Virus record (IMG/VR): IMGVR_UViG_3300035670_000187
Span: 1,697 to 65,696 of that record
DNA from: a virus
Taxonomy: Duplodnaviria > Caudoviricetes
Strand: one strand, 5' to 3'
DNA length: 64,000 nt
The position numbers and the translations under genes were made by a program. Shown here piece after piece: positions 9,721 through 21,700 of the stretch (the first letter of the stretch is position 1; each line of letters opens with the position of its first letter). The notes under the pieces are model-generated. The model saw nothing but the letters and a program-made list of their open reading frames with translations. It ran no database searches and was not told where the DNA came from.

Positions 9721-10881
9721 ATGACTGCTATTTCTATTCCATGTCCAGCAACGTTGTTGCCCACAAAAGCAGACTTGGTGAATATCTTCACCGAACTTGC
9801 TTCTGTACCTTCAAAAATAGAAGCTGAACTGGCAGCTGCTGAGGAAAGATTAGCATTTGATCCTAACATTTCAGATAGCGTAAGAGCTGAATTAGAGCAG
9901 CAAATACTTAATTTTCGTCAAACTGCTGATGATATTCGCAAACGTATAGATCAGATTAAAGATGCATTGGGTAATTTCCCAATATCGGTAACTGACCCAG
10001 TCTATGTTGGAGTTAGCATTCCAGATTTAGAATGGGAGCGTAGAATGACAGCTCTAACACAAGAGTACCATTTATATCTTCAATCTAAAATGATGGAGAT
10101 TATTAATGCAGTTTTACCCATTAGTTTTAGTATTCCTGTGCTTGGATTGAGCATCGATGTCGTTAAAATATTTTCTGATGCAGGATATCGCGCGGGACTG
10201 AAAGCGCAAATTCAACAAAACGTCGATTCATTTCATAACCTTATACCTGAGCCTTATAAAAGTTATGCAGGAGAAAATGGAATCGACTCCGATGCTATAA
10301 AGGCTGAGATTACATGGTCATATATCATGGGTCAACTCAAAAAAGGCGGTTTAAAGATTCTTTTTGATGCGTTTGGAGGATTGATTAGTAAATTTAAAAC
10401 CATTTGGGACGCATTAGGTTTGCCAGCTCTACCCGCGTTGACAGATTTAAATGTGAAGGGTTTGATTGAAGCTAAAATTGCCTCGTTAAGAGCACAATTG
10501 AAGACCGCGCCCGATGATATTAAAAATGAGATTCGCCAAGCCATATTAGACGCAATCGATTCAATTTCAGTAGCAGGATTCGGTATCGATCAAATTACAG
10601 GTGGCGATATAGAAACCTATGTCACAAGTTTGGAGCAGAAGATAGAGCGTAAATTGGAAGCATTGCGAGATTTCGGCGAAGATTGGCCAGAGTATCTTAT
10701 TAGACAATGGATGCAAAAGGTCACCGCATTCTTTAATGCCATCGGATTAAGTGCTTTGACACAATGGATCACGTTTAACTTTTGTCAATTTTTAAAATTA
10801 ATCGGTGTTCCAACTTCTATAGACATAGGATATGGTGTTTCTGTAGGATTGAATGAAAGTGCTGCTCTTGACGCAGCTTAA
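9721..10881 (+). CDS. Hypothetical helical protein between gp5 and gp25
   Basis: 386-aa ORF starting 2 nt after the gp5 stop; amphipathic helices; no recognised motif. Confidence 0.75.
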   Translation: MTAISIPCPATLLPTKADLVNIFTELASVPSKIEAELAAAEERLAFDPNISDSVRAELEQQILNFRQTADDIRKRIDQIKDALGNFPISVTDPVYVGVSIPDLEWERRMTALTQEYHLYLQSKMMEIINAVLPISFSIPVLGLSIDVVKIFSDAGYRAGLKAQIQQNVDSFHNLIPEPYKSYAGENGIDSDAIKAEITWSYIMGQLKKGGLKILFDAFGGLISKFKTIWDALGLPALPALTDLNVKGLIEAKIASLRAQLKTAPDDIKNEIRQAILDAIDSISVAGFGIDQITGGDIETYVTSLEQKIERKLEALRDFGEDWPEYLIRQWMQKVTAFFNAIGLSALTQWITFNFCQFLKLIGVPTSIDIGYGVSVGLNESAALDAA

Positions 10882-10889
10882 TATAAATA
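10882..10889 (+). promoter_or_regulatory. T4-type late promoter TATAAATA
   Basis: Exact consensus in the intergenic gap upstream of gp25. Confidence 0.8.
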
Positions 10890-10916
10890 AATTGCAAACA
10901 TTTTAAGAGATTTTAA

Positions 10917-11315
10917 ATGGCTATAGCTCTAAATACCAGAACATATAAAGACATCGATTTGGATTTTTTAGCCAATCCAATCACAAAAGATGTTTTGAAA
11001 AAAACAAACGAAGAAGCTATAGCAGCCTCTATTTCTAACTTGTTGCAAACTTCAAATTATGAGAGACTTTTTAACCCAGATCTGGGATGTAATTTAAAAA
11101 GATATTTGTTTGAGCCTGTAGACGACATTACAACGAATAACATTCGGGAAGAAATAGTCAGAACAATAGTTAATTTTGAACCTCGAGTAGATCTATTAGA
11201 TGTACAGGTAGAACCATTCCCCGATGAAAATTTATACAACGTTGCGATCAAATTTTTCATAAAGAATGACCCAGACCCAATCACCATTACCCTATTCCTA
11301 GAACGAGTAAGATAA
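10917..11315 (+). CDS. gp25: Baseplate wedge subunit gp25
   Basis: YKDIDLDF..NP.T.D, ERLFNPDLGC...LFEP, FEPRV, C-terminal LERVR. Confidence 0.93.
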   Translation: MAIALNTRTYKDIDLDFLANPITKDVLKKTNEEAIAASISNLLQTSNYERLFNPDLGCNLKRYLFEPVDDITTNNIREEIVRTIVNFEPRVDLLDVQVEPFPDENLYNVAIKFFIKNDPDPITITLFLERVR

Positions 11316-11316
11316 C

Positions 11317-13383
11317 ATGGCAAATATTGATGCAAAACTTAAAGTTGCCGAGTTGGATTTTGATACTATCAAAACCAATCTGAAGAACTACCTCAAGTCT
11401 CAGTCGGAGTTTAGCGACTACAACTTTGAGGGTTCAGGCATGTCTGTTTTGTTAGACGTTCTAGCTTATAACACACACTACATGGGATACTATTTGAATA
11501 TGGTGTCCAACGAAATGTTCATTGATACTGCTCTAACTCGTGGTTCAGTTGTTTCTCATGCCAAACTGCTAGGTTATACACCAAGATCTCGTGTGGCTTC
11601 TCGCGCAGCATTGAATTTAACTATTACGCCTGTCGCAGGTGATGCTAATTCTTCTATTGTTATTCCAAGATTTACTCGATTCGTATCAGAAACTAAAGAA
11701 GGCGTAAACTACATCTTCACCAATCCTAGCTCTAGAATAGTCACTAAAAATGTGACCACTGGGTTGTTTGTCGCTGAAAATTTAGAAATTAAAGAAGGTC
11801 AGCCTGTTACTTTCACTTTTACCTACAATTCTCAAACTAATCCACGCCAAGTTTTTGAACTTCCAGATGTCGGGATTGATACTTCTACGCTTGAAGTGGT
11901 AGTGCAAAATTCAGAACAAAATGCCAATCAGGAAACACATATTTTAGCTCAAGATGCTACTGATGTTGATCCAAATGCTTTAGTTTATTATCTTGAAGAA
12001 AATAAAAATGGTCGGTATCAAATTTATTTTGGTGACGATGTAATAGGTAAAAAAATTGCAGAAGGAAATATTGTTATCGTTTCTTACTTAATTACAACAG
12101 GTGAAAATGCTAATAATCTTAAAGACTTTAAGTTACTTGACAATATTTTAACAGGTTCTACAACTACCATTACTTTAGCTTCTGAGTCTTCATCAGGTGC
12201 ACCAGAAGAAACTATAGATCAAATTAGATTTACAGCACCGAAAGCATTTATTGCTCAAAATCGCGCAGTTACTAAGAATGATTATATTGCATTGATTAAT
12301 CGCGACTATCCATACTTCGAAGCTGTAAATGTTTGGGGCGGTGAAGAAAACGATCCGCCTGTTTATGGTAAAATATTTTTTACAGCAAAACCGTTAGGTG
12401 GATATGAAATTACTGCAACAGAAATAGAATTTGTTAAAAATACTGTTCTTAAACCATTTAGCGTATTGACAGTAACACCTGAATATGTTGCAGCAGACTA
12501 TAACTATTTAAATTTAGCAGTAGAAGTAAACTATAATCCAACAAGAACTAATAAAACAGGCGACGAGATTCGTGCTAGTGTGCTATCAGCAATTAGAAAC
12601 TTTGCTGACATCAATTTAGACACCTTCAATAATAGCTTTAGAATTTCTAAATTGTCCAGAGCCATAGATGATGCTGATAATTCAATCACAAATAATGATG
12701 TTAAAGTTGTGTTGGAGAAGCGTTTCTCAGTAGATATTACTCGGTCATCAGATTACATACTTAACTTCGATACACCATTAAAACAAGGAACAACTACAGA
12801 AAGAATTATTTCAACACCATCATTCGGTTATGTTGATAACAATGGAGTGGTGCGCGATTGTTTCATTGAAGAAGTTCTTCAATCATTTACAGGCGTTGAA
12901 GAAATTGAGGTGTTAGCTGGAGGTTCGGGTTATGTGTCAACTCCAACTGTGATAATTGAAGGTGATGGTCAAGGCGCACTAGCAACAGCAACTATTGTAA
13001 ATGGTTCTATTAGAAATATAAATGTAGCTCAAACAGGTTCAGGTTATACGTCAGCAACTGCTAGAATTTCGGGTGGTGGTGGATCAGGAACTTCGCTGCG
13101 AGTAAATTTGCAAGGCAGAACTGGTAAATTACGTATCTATTATTTTGATACTAACAACATTAAAAAGACTATTACTAATGATGCTGGATCTGTTGATTAT
13201 GCTACAGGTAAAATAGTTTTAGAAAACTTTACGCCTGTTTCAGTTTCTGATCCTTTCGAAACACTTGTTGTTAAAGCTGTACCTGTTTCTAAAGTGTTTA
13301 GCTCTGAAAAAAATAGAATTTTGACTTTAGACCAATCTGATCCAACTTCCATTTCTCTAACAGTTAATGCTGTTCTTGAATAG
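11317..13383 (+). CDS. gp6: Baseplate wedge subunit gp6
   Basis: ELDFDTIKTNLK, DYNFEGSGMSVLLDVLAYNTHY, SVVSHAKLLGYTPRS, QNRAVT..DY, VWGGEENDPPVYGK. Confidence 0.95.
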   Translation: MANIDAKLKVAELDFDTIKTNLKNYLKSQSEFSDYNFEGSGMSVLLDVLAYNTHYMGYYLNMVSNEMFIDTALTRGSVVSHAKLLGYTPRSRVASRAALNLTITPVAGDANSSIVIPRFTRFVSETKEGVNYIFTNPSSRIVTKNVTTGLFVAENLEIKEGQPVTFTFTYNSQTNPRQVFELPDVGIDTSTLEVVVQNSEQNANQETHILAQDATDVDPNALVYYLEENKNGRYQIYFGDDVIGKKIAEGNIVIVSYLITTGENANNLKDFKLLDNILTGSTTTITLASESSSGAPEETIDQIRFTAPKAFIAQNRAVTKNDYIALINRDYPYFEAVNVWGGEENDPPVYGKIFFTAKPLGGYEITATEIEFVKNTVLKPFSVLTVTPEYVAADYNYLNLAVEVNYNPTRTNKTGDEIRASVLSAIRNFADINLDTFNNSFRISKLSRAIDDADNSITNNDVKVVLEKRFSVDITRSSDYILNFDTPLKQGTTTERIISTPSFGYVDNNGVVRDCFIEEVLQSFTGVEEIEVLAGGSGYVSTPTVIIEGDGQGALATATIVNGSIRNINVAQTGSGYTSATARISGGGGSGTSLRVNLQGRTGKLRIYYFDTNNIKKTITNDAGSVDYATGKIVLENFTPVSVSDPFETLVVKAVPVSKVFSSEKNRILTLDQSDPTSISLTVNAVLE

Positions 13384-13393
13384 ATAACCTGAT

Positions 13394-16300
13394 ATGTCTG
13401 CAACAGAAAAAACTATTTCATCTCTAATTAGCTCGCAGCTACCTGATTTTGTTAAGGCTAATCACCCACAATTTCAGCGATTTATAGAGCTGTACTATCA
13501 GTGGCTAGAACAAAACAGCCCATCAGGAGTTTCCAACACTGCTGGAAATACTGTTTATCAGGCAGGCGAGATTGCAAATTATCGTGATATTGATCAAACA
13601 CCTGACGATTTTGTTCGTTATTTTAAACAAGAATTACTTCCTTATTTCCCAGAAAATACTTCTTTAGATATTAAAAAGATTTTAAAAAGCGCTCGCGAAT
13701 TTTATTCTAAGAAAGGTAGCGAAGAATCTATTAAATGGCTCTTTAAAGCATTGTTCAATGAAGATATAGAAATTAACTATCCTAAAGAGCAAATTTTAAA
13801 AACTTCTGATGGTAAATGGAAACTGCCCAGAGCATTTCGTATTACTGTCGGCGAAACTAATAAAGCTCTAGATGTAAACCTTTTAGAAAAACGACTTGTA
13901 ACAGGAAATGTTTCTGGTGCTACTTGCGTTATTGAAACTGCAAATAGAACTATTGATCCTACTAATGGTATTGAAGTTATTGAGATCTACATCTCGAATA
14001 TTAAAAAATTCTTTGAAAATGGAGAATTTATTACAGTCAATTATACTGATGAAAATGGTGTAGAACAAACATTTTCCGAAAAAATTATTGGCACAATTTC
14101 AAATATTCGTATTGACTCAAACATTAGAACAGATCCATCCCAACGTAGAAGAGGATTGTTATATAACGTTGGTGATCCTGTAGTTATCACTGGCGGTTTA
14201 GCATTAACAGCTGAAGCAAATGACGCTGTTGCTATAGTCGGTAATGTAAGCGTGGGTTCTATCGAATCTGTTGCAACAACATTTCCTGGCTATGGATATC
14301 AAATATATTCTAATACAGAAACAATAGTTCTCCGTTCTACTTCTGATGATCCTAATGCTAACGCAAATACAGATCTTCGTGTTATAGCAATTAATGTGTC
14401 AGCATGTACAACAAATAGTCAACAAAATTTCGTAGAGTCTATCACTTACGATAAAACAATTATTGATTATTTGGGCGATACAGTTATAGGATTAGCTAAT
14501 TTGGCGGCATTTACTGTAAACAATCGTAATGCAATTATAAATGTTACAGAAAATGATGAAGATGATCCATATAATAATTATGAGGAAATATGGGCGAATG
14601 GTAATAATTTTACTGATGCACTCTTTACTGCAAAAATTGCAACACCAAATAATGCTATTTTTGGTGTTGGCGGTATAAGTGCTAACACAGGCGATTTACT
14701 AATTTATGATATAAAGGGATCAAATACTGCATTAATTTCTGATACTGATTTACCAATTATTTTAAATGGTGCGCAAATTAACACCAAAAATACAGCTAAA
14801 TCTTTTGTATATAATTCAGTTACATCATATTATGTTCCTGCTAATGCTAATTCGTTGATCGTTCAATGCGTTGATTTTGAAACTGTAAATACTGGCGGTA
14901 TTGCACTTATCGCTGTTGAAGATGGTGGATTTGGATTTAGATCAGGACCAGCTCTACAAATAACTTCTCATTATGACACTCATCTTTCAGAGCAATACGA
15001 TTATACTGCTGGTGGTTCGGAAAGAATTAATAAACGTGCAACTTGGCAAACATTTAAAGATCTCGGGCAAATTGCGCACGTTTGGATCAACAATGGTGGC
15101 ACAGGGTATGCTAATGGCGAGATTATAGTGTTTGAAGGTCGCGGATATGGTGGTAATGCCTTTGTAAATGTTAATGCTACAGGAACAATCACTACTGTAA
15201 CACTTACTGATCGGGGTGAAGGGCATCTGGTACGTCCAACCGCTAACATTCAAACTTCTGGGGGCACGGGTGCAGTTCTTACATCATATCTTTTCGGAGA
15301 CGGTGTAGAAAATACAGTAGGAACGAATGCTATCGGAAGAATACGAAATCTACGATTAGTTTACAGAGGATTTGATTATGTTGCTACACCTAATGTCAAT
15401 TTGAAAATTGTAGATACTATTATTAATCCTATTCCTGAAGCGCAAAACTTCACTGAAGGCGAATACATTTATCAAGGACCAAGTCTTGCAACTTCCACAT
15501 TTAAAGCTAATGTGAAGCAATATATTCGCTCTACAGGGCTACTTAGACTTTACAACTTCTCGGGTATCATAGATACAACTGTGGATTTATTAACACAAAA
15601 CAGTGTTTATGCAAATGTGAACACTTCTGCTAATGTTCCAGCACCATTACAATATCCACCAGCAGTTGTAGCAACAGGTCTTCCAAATCCTATGTATTAT
15701 GGCGATGGTCGCGCTCGTGCTAATGCACTATTCGCTAATGGTTTGATTGAATTTGATGGATTCTATCTAAACACAGATGGATTCCCAAGTTCAGATAAGA
15801 GATTACAAGACGCCAAATTGTATCACAACTTCTCATATATTGTACAATCAGATAGAAGTTTAGTTGAATTTGAAACACCACTGAAGAATATCGTTCATCC
15901 AGCTGGTATGTCTGTAATTTCCAAAACCATTTTGAAATCTAATTTAGATACAGAATCTACTGTTACTTCAAATGTTCATTACATTAAATCGCCAACAATA
16001 GGCACGAATACGCCATTAGTAACTATCGCTAATTCGTATTCTAATGTTGTAACTGGTAGCCAAACTAATTTTGAAGCTCCAGCCTCTAAAGTAAATGTTG
16101 GAGATTTGTTTATTATCAGCGATACAAGTAATCCGTTACGTTCTATTTCTAAGGTTGTTTCTGCTGTAAACAGCAATACAGAGCTAGAAATTTACGGAGA
16201 TTTCATTTATACTGGACAAGGAAAAATAACGATTCAAAACGGAAATACCTCCGCTTTAGTTACGGGTAATGTAAATGCTGTTTCTGATTTTATGCAAGTT

Positions 16301-16708
16301 GGAGATCAAATACGAGTAAATGTTCCAAATGTAACAATTACAGGCACTGTAAATGTGACTGGAACAACCGTAGCAGGAAACAGTACAGGGTCTAATGCAA
16401 CCTATTTCTTGGGCAATGTTGTTGTTGGAAGCGAAATTACAATAAATGGCGAAACAAGACTTGTTACTGTTGTTACAGATGCCAATACACTTACTGTTAA
16501 TTCGGCATTCGACAATGCTGCAGAAGATAAATATCTAATCGCTAATAGCATTTTTGTGAAAGATGTCGATGGAATTTCCGGAAACGTTTTGACGATGAAT
16601 ACTGCAATATTTAATGCTAATTTGACGAATGTCGTTTACTTAATAGTCCCAGACTATTCAACTACAAGCTATCCGTTTAACATAATTACACTTAATTCTT
16701 CTTATTGA
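13394..16708 (+). CDS. gp7: Baseplate wedge initiator gp7-like
   Basis: QLPDFV...F..FIELYYQWLE, FYSKKGSEESIKWLFKALFNE, LKTSDGKW, LQD...YHNFSY, VHPAGM. Confidence 0.85.
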   Translation: MSATEKTISSLISSQLPDFVKANHPQFQRFIELYYQWLEQNSPSGVSNTAGNTVYQAGEIANYRDIDQTPDDFVRYFKQELLPYFPENTSLDIKKILKSAREFYSKKGSEESIKWLFKALFNEDIEINYPKEQILKTSDGKWKLPRAFRITVGETNKALDVNLLEKRLVTGNVSGATCVIETANRTIDPTNGIEVIEIYISNIKKFFENGEFITVNYTDENGVEQTFSEKIIGTISNIRIDSNIRTDPSQRRRGLLYNVGDPVVITGGLALTAEANDAVAIVGNVSVGSIESVATTFPGYGYQIYSNTETIVLRSTSDDPNANANTDLRVIAINVSACTTNSQQNFVESITYDKTIIDYLGDTVIGLANLAAFTVNNRNAIINVTENDEDDPYNNYEEIWANGNNFTDALFTAKIATPNNAIFGVGGISANTGDLLIYDIKGSNTALISDTDLPIILNGAQINTKNTAKSFVYNSVTSYYVPANANSLIVQCVDFETVNTGGIALIAVEDGGFGFRSGPALQITSHYDTHLSEQYDYTAGGSERINKRATWQTFKDLGQIAHVWINNGGTGYANGEIIVFEGRGYGGNAFVNVNATGTITTVTLTDRGEGHLVRPTANIQTSGGTGAVLTSYLFGDGVENTVGTNAIGRIRNLRLVYRGFDYVATPNVNLKIVDTIINPIPEAQNFTEGEYIYQGPSLATSTFKANVKQYIRSTGLLRLYNFSGIIDTTVDLLTQNSVYANVNTSANVPAPLQYPPAVVATGLPNPMYYGDGRARANALFANGLIEFDGFYLNTDGFPSSDKRLQDAKLYHNFSYIVQSDRSLVEFETPLKNIVHPAGMSVISKTILKSNLDTESTVTSNVHYIKSPTIGTNTPLVTIANSYSNVVTGSQTNFEAPASKVNVGDLFIISDTSNPLRSISKVVSAVNSNTELEIYGDFIYTGQGKITIQNGNTSALVTGNVNAVSDFMQVGDQIRVNVPNVTITGTVNVTGTTVAGNSTGSNATYFLGNVVVGSEITINGETRLVTVVTDANTLTVNSAFDNAAEDKYLIANSIFVKDVDGISGNVLTMNTAIFNANLTNVVYLIVPDYSTTSYPFNIITLNSSY

Positions 16709-16715
16709 GAATAAA

Positions 16716-18725
16716 ATGATATCTAAACTTACACCACTTTTTTCTAAATTTACTGCAGATGACATAAAAGATCATTTTTCTAGTGACGCTAATGTCTATT
16801 TGGGTATCGGTAGATCGTTAGAATTCGGTTCTTCATCATCCAATGTTGGCGAAATATTATTTACAACCAATAAAATTAACGAATTATATAGAAATTTGGT
16901 AGCGTTAAAGAAAATTTCAGCTGCGGATATGCAAGTTGTTTCTGCTCGCCGCGATTGGGCTGCTAATGCAGTTTATGATACCTATGAAGATGATGTAGAC
17001 TTGTATAGCTTTGAAAAATTTGTTAATATTGGCACTGCAAATGCAAATGTGGATACAGTTTTATCTGGAACAGTAAATGTTACCTCATTCGGGCAACCTT
17101 TAGTTACTGGTACAGGCACACAATTTACCGACTACATTTTTGTTGGCGATCAAATTAAAGTCAACTCTGAAGTTAGAACAGTTTTGCAAATTAATAATAA
17201 TACATCGCTAATAGTAAACAGTAATTTTTTAAATGCTGCTACAGGTGCTGTTCCAACTTTAGTTGGTAATGGAACGATTATTGTTGCAAACAGCGCTAAT
17301 TTTATTGGAAATGTATTTGCTGGTAATGTTATAGTTGCAAACACTGTTGCGCGCGAAGTTGTAGCGGTCAGAAGCAATGAAGTAATTTCAGTTAATGCAA
17401 ATTTAAATATTAGTGTGTCTAACACAACTATTTTGCGAAAAGACAACACCTATCCATTATATGCAAATAACTTTTATGTTAGAAATACTCGAGATCAGGT
17501 TTTTAAATGCCTCTTTAACAATGAAAGAGCTAACTCTACAGTAGAACCTACTATTGATATTGATGGTCAATTGCCTGAAAATCCATTTATAAGAACTTCT
17601 GATGGATACAAATGGAAATATCTATACACTATTGCTCCTGGATTAAAACAAAAGTTTTTTACAAATGCTTGGATGCCTGTAGCCAATGATAATGCTGTAA
17701 TTGCAACAACAACAGAAGGTAGAGTAGATATTATCAACGTTTTATGGGGCGGTTCAGGGCACATTGGCGGCGGAAATTCTAACACAGCTAGAATCATTTC
17801 AATCACTAACACTGATGGCGCTAATGCCAATCTTTCATGTAGAGTTGTAGGTGGTGTCATCACCGAAGTTACAATTTTAAACGGCGGCAATAACTATACA
17901 AGCGGCATAGTTACTGTTACAGACACTGACAAATTAGGAAACACAACTTTACAGGGAACTGTAAACGTTTCTGGAACATCAGTAAGTGGAAATTTATCCA
18001 ACACAACCTATTTTTTAGGTAATGTGTTTATCAACGATTTAATTACTATCAATAATGAAACTAAAAATGTGGTTAGTGTTATTAATAATACATCTTTAGC
18101 AGTGAATACTGCATTTACATACTCAACAAATACAGCAATAGTAACTATTCAACGATCTAATGCAGTTTTTGACATCGAATTTTCGCCTCAAGGTGGTCAT
18201 GGATTTTTCCCTGCGCGTGAACTTGGTGCTAGAAGTTTGATGATTTCTACTGAATTGGATGGTAACGAAAATGCTACTTTGCCAGTGTCTGATAATTTAA
18301 ATCAATTCGACTTTAATCAAATAAGTATAATTGATGACCCTGTCATCGCGAATGGAGCATTTTTAGCGAATGGTAACAACTATAGAGTTGCAACTCGCGT
18401 TTTAGTTAGCGATCCTGGTATATCTAACTATATTAATGATGAAACAATATTTGTTGGTTCTTCTTTATCAACAGCTACATTCGTTGCTAACGTTGCTCAT
18501 TGGAGCGCAGCCGACAATTATTTGTATATAAATAATTTAACAGGAACATTTTCGCCTTCTCAGCTTATCAGAGGTGTAACCTCTGGCACAGTCGCCACGG
18601 TACTAGAGATAGCTAACTCTGAGGTTCGACTTTACAGCGGCGAAGTATTGTATGTGGAGCACAGAAAAGACGTTGTTCGCGATGAAGATCAAATTGAACA
18701 AGTTAAAATAGTTTTAACATTTTAG
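16716..18725 (+). CDS. gp8: Baseplate wedge subunit gp8 with inserted beta modules
   Basis: YLGIGR, RRDW, FYVRN...VFKCLFN, TSDGYKWKYLYTI, P.GGHG, SGEVLYVEHR...R..DQ.E.VKIVLTF. Confidence 0.9.
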   Translation: MISKLTPLFSKFTADDIKDHFSSDANVYLGIGRSLEFGSSSSNVGEILFTTNKINELYRNLVALKKISAADMQVVSARRDWAANAVYDTYEDDVDLYSFEKFVNIGTANANVDTVLSGTVNVTSFGQPLVTGTGTQFTDYIFVGDQIKVNSEVRTVLQINNNTSLIVNSNFLNAATGAVPTLVGNGTIIVANSANFIGNVFAGNVIVANTVAREVVAVRSNEVISVNANLNISVSNTTILRKDNTYPLYANNFYVRNTRDQVFKCLFNNERANSTVEPTIDIDGQLPENPFIRTSDGYKWKYLYTIAPGLKQKFFTNAWMPVANDNAVIATTTEGRVDIINVLWGGSGHIGGGNSNTARIISITNTDGANANLSCRVVGGVITEVTILNGGNNYTSGIVTVTDTDKLGNTTLQGTVNVSGTSVSGNLSNTTYFLGNVFINDLITINNETKNVVSVINNTSLAVNTAFTYSTNTAIVTIQRSNAVFDIEFSPQGGHGFFPARELGARSLMISTELDGNENATLPVSDNLNQFDFNQISIIDDPVIANGAFLANGNNYRVATRVLVSDPGISNYINDETIFVGSSLSTATFVANVAHWSAADNYLYINNLTGTFSPSQLIRGVTSGTVATVLEIANSEVRLYSGEVLYVEHRKDVVRDEDQIEQVKIVLTF

Positions 18726-18735
18726 GTAGAAGAAT

Positions 18736-21700
18736 ATGCAATTTAACGTTGACCCATATTACGACGATTTTGAGCAAAATGCATTAGATAATAACTATAT
18801 GCGTCTTTTGTTCAAGCCTGGTTTTGCAGTTCAGGCTCGCGAATTAACGCAAATTCAGTCTATCCTTCAAAACCAAATTAAACAATTCGGCGATCATGTG
18901 TTTCAAGACGGATCACCTGTAATTGGCGGAAATCTTACCTTAGATAACAAAGTTCAATTTTTAAGATTAGAAGAAACTTTTAACAATGAAGACGTCGACG
19001 TTGAACTCTTTAATGGAAAAGTAGTTCGTAGTCTAGATGGTACTGTACAAGCTAAAGTGTTAACGACCTTTTTCCCAACAGATGGTGTGCCAACGCTACT
19101 TGTAAAGTACATTACTGGTAATGAATTTACTGATGCATCAAACGTTCGCGTGGCTGGAACTACCACTGAAGCTAAAATGGTTTCAGCTAATTCAACAGGA
19201 GCTGGTTTAGTTTGCTCTATTAATGAAGGCGTGTTTTATGTTGATGGATTTTTCGTAAAAGTCAATGATCAAACAACTGCAGTTAATCCATATGGCGTGA
19301 CTGCAAACGTAAAAATTGGTTTAGAAATTTCTGATGACATTGTTGACAGCGTCGTAGACACAACGCTATTAGATCCTGCACAAGGATCATTTAATTACCA
19401 AGCTCCTGGTGCTGATCGCTATCAATACAATCTAACGCTCACAACACGTCCACTTGATACTGCTGTTGATGAATCGCAGTTTTTTGAATTGATGCGTGTT
19501 GAAAATGGTGTTATCACCAAGCAAGTTAAGTATCCAGTTTATGCAGAACTAGAAAAAACACTCGCTCGAAGAACCTTTGATGAATCTGGTGACTATGTCG
19601 TTCGACCATTTCGTGCAACTATTAATGATGGTGCGAATGCTAACAATTATGTTCTTTCAGTAGAACCTGGTAAAGCCTATGTAAAAGGTTTTGAATTCGA
19701 AACCATAGGAACGCTCAAAGTAACAGCACCAAAACCTAGAAGTGCTGCTGATATTAAATCTTTTGTTGATATCGATGTTGATACATCATATGGTAATTTT
19801 ATCTACGTTACTTCTTTACGCGGTTCTTCTAACGGTTTTATCAATATCGCTGCGTTAGAAAAAGTAGACGTTCACTTAGGCAAAAGTAGTTGTATTTTTA
19901 CTAACGGTGCAGGTAATGGAACGGCAAATGCATTTGTTTATGCTAATACTAAAATTGGTACAGCGCGTATTAAAAACATTGTAAGACAAAATCCGGATTT
20001 ATTTAATACTACCACAGACTCAAATGGCGTCTATAAACTTTATTTGACTGATGTTAATATTCAACCTAAAGTATTGAAGGTTAAAGAAATCAGCCCTAAT
20101 GCTCAAACTATTGTTTTAACAACTGACTTTTGCGCAAACGTTAACAATTTTATTAATGTTTCTGTGACTATTTTGCCAGTTCGTTTAGATCCAGTTGCCA
20201 ACGTCAATGTAGCAAATGTCTTCATTAATTCATATCGTCTAAATGCTAACTCAGCTGTAGCAAACGTGTTTAATTCCAACGTTGCTCCTGGTAGCGTTAT
20301 TCGTGTAGCTGATATGGTGCGTGAAGTTGTTTCAGTAAATACTTCAGGTGACTTCTTAACAGTAAATAGAGCATGGGATAAAACGATTGTCGCAACTAGC
20401 TCTACAACAAATCCTCTTTCTGTTTTTGTCCAGTCCGCTTATACACAAAACGTTTCAGGTCAAAGTCGCGTAATTACTGCTGCAGCAAATAATGGTGGAG
20501 CTAATTTACATTTTTATACTGATCGACCATTTGACAATGAAGGCGTCCCAGACGCAAACACTGTAGTGCAATTTAACTTTGGTGTTAAAGATGCTAAAAG
20601 TTTTTGCTCTGGTCCAGTAGTTTCTAACGGATTAGCATTGTTTGCCAATGCTACTATGAATGTTGCGTTGCAATCTACATTAATTACCAACGAATCATTT
20701 ATAGATGATCCAAAACGAAATCAGTTAATTTTTAAATTGCCTGCAACATTTGTAAGAAGAACTTCGCTTAACAACACTGACTATGTTCATAGTAAGTATA
20801 TTGCAGATCGTTCTAATACAGGAAATCCTGGCGAATTTACAGTAGCGCAAGGTTCTGGTTTAGAAAACTTTGAAACTATTGCGTGGGCAGATTCAACCAG
20901 TGCAATTCAAGATAATTTAATTTTTGTTGTGCGCGATGGCAGAGGGAATGTAAGTTATCCTAATGGATCAGTAGTTCAATTAACTGCAGCTAATGTAACG
21001 CTATCAGGCTCTCCAGTAAATACAATTACAATAGATACTGGTGTACCTGATATTATTAAAGCAGATATTATTTTAAACGTTAAAGAAAATGATGCTGAGG
21101 ATAAAATTCGTAGAAAAGTGTTCATGCAAAACACTCAACCTACAGTAGATCCATTCACATATCCTACATCTAATTCTTCAACATCAAATACTGAAGTTTC
21201 ATTACCAAACTTGGATCATGTTGCTTCTATTGATGTTGCAAATGGATTTATTTGGTTAACAAATCCAACATATAATGCTGTAAATCCAGGCGATTCTATT
21301 TCGCTATTTGTACCTGATGTTGTGCGTGTTCGTAGAGTCATAGCTGGTAACACAACTAATGTTCCAGATGCAGACAATGCAACAGATATTACAAATCGTT
21401 TCTTTATAGATTATGGGCAACGAGATGATAAGTACGAACACACTAAACTTGTACTAAGATCTGGATTTGATAGTCCGAATGCTAAACTTTTAGTTCATGT
21501 TGATTTTTATCAACACATTTATGCTACTGGCGCTAATGTTTCATTCTTTTCAGCCGAATCATATGACCAAACACTCTATGATAATGGCTCTATTCCAATC
21601 TACACTTCTCAAGATGGTACAATTTATTATCTTCGCGATTGTTTAGATTTTAGACCAACGCAGCCTATTGGCGATACAGCCGCATCATTTACAGTTCCAA

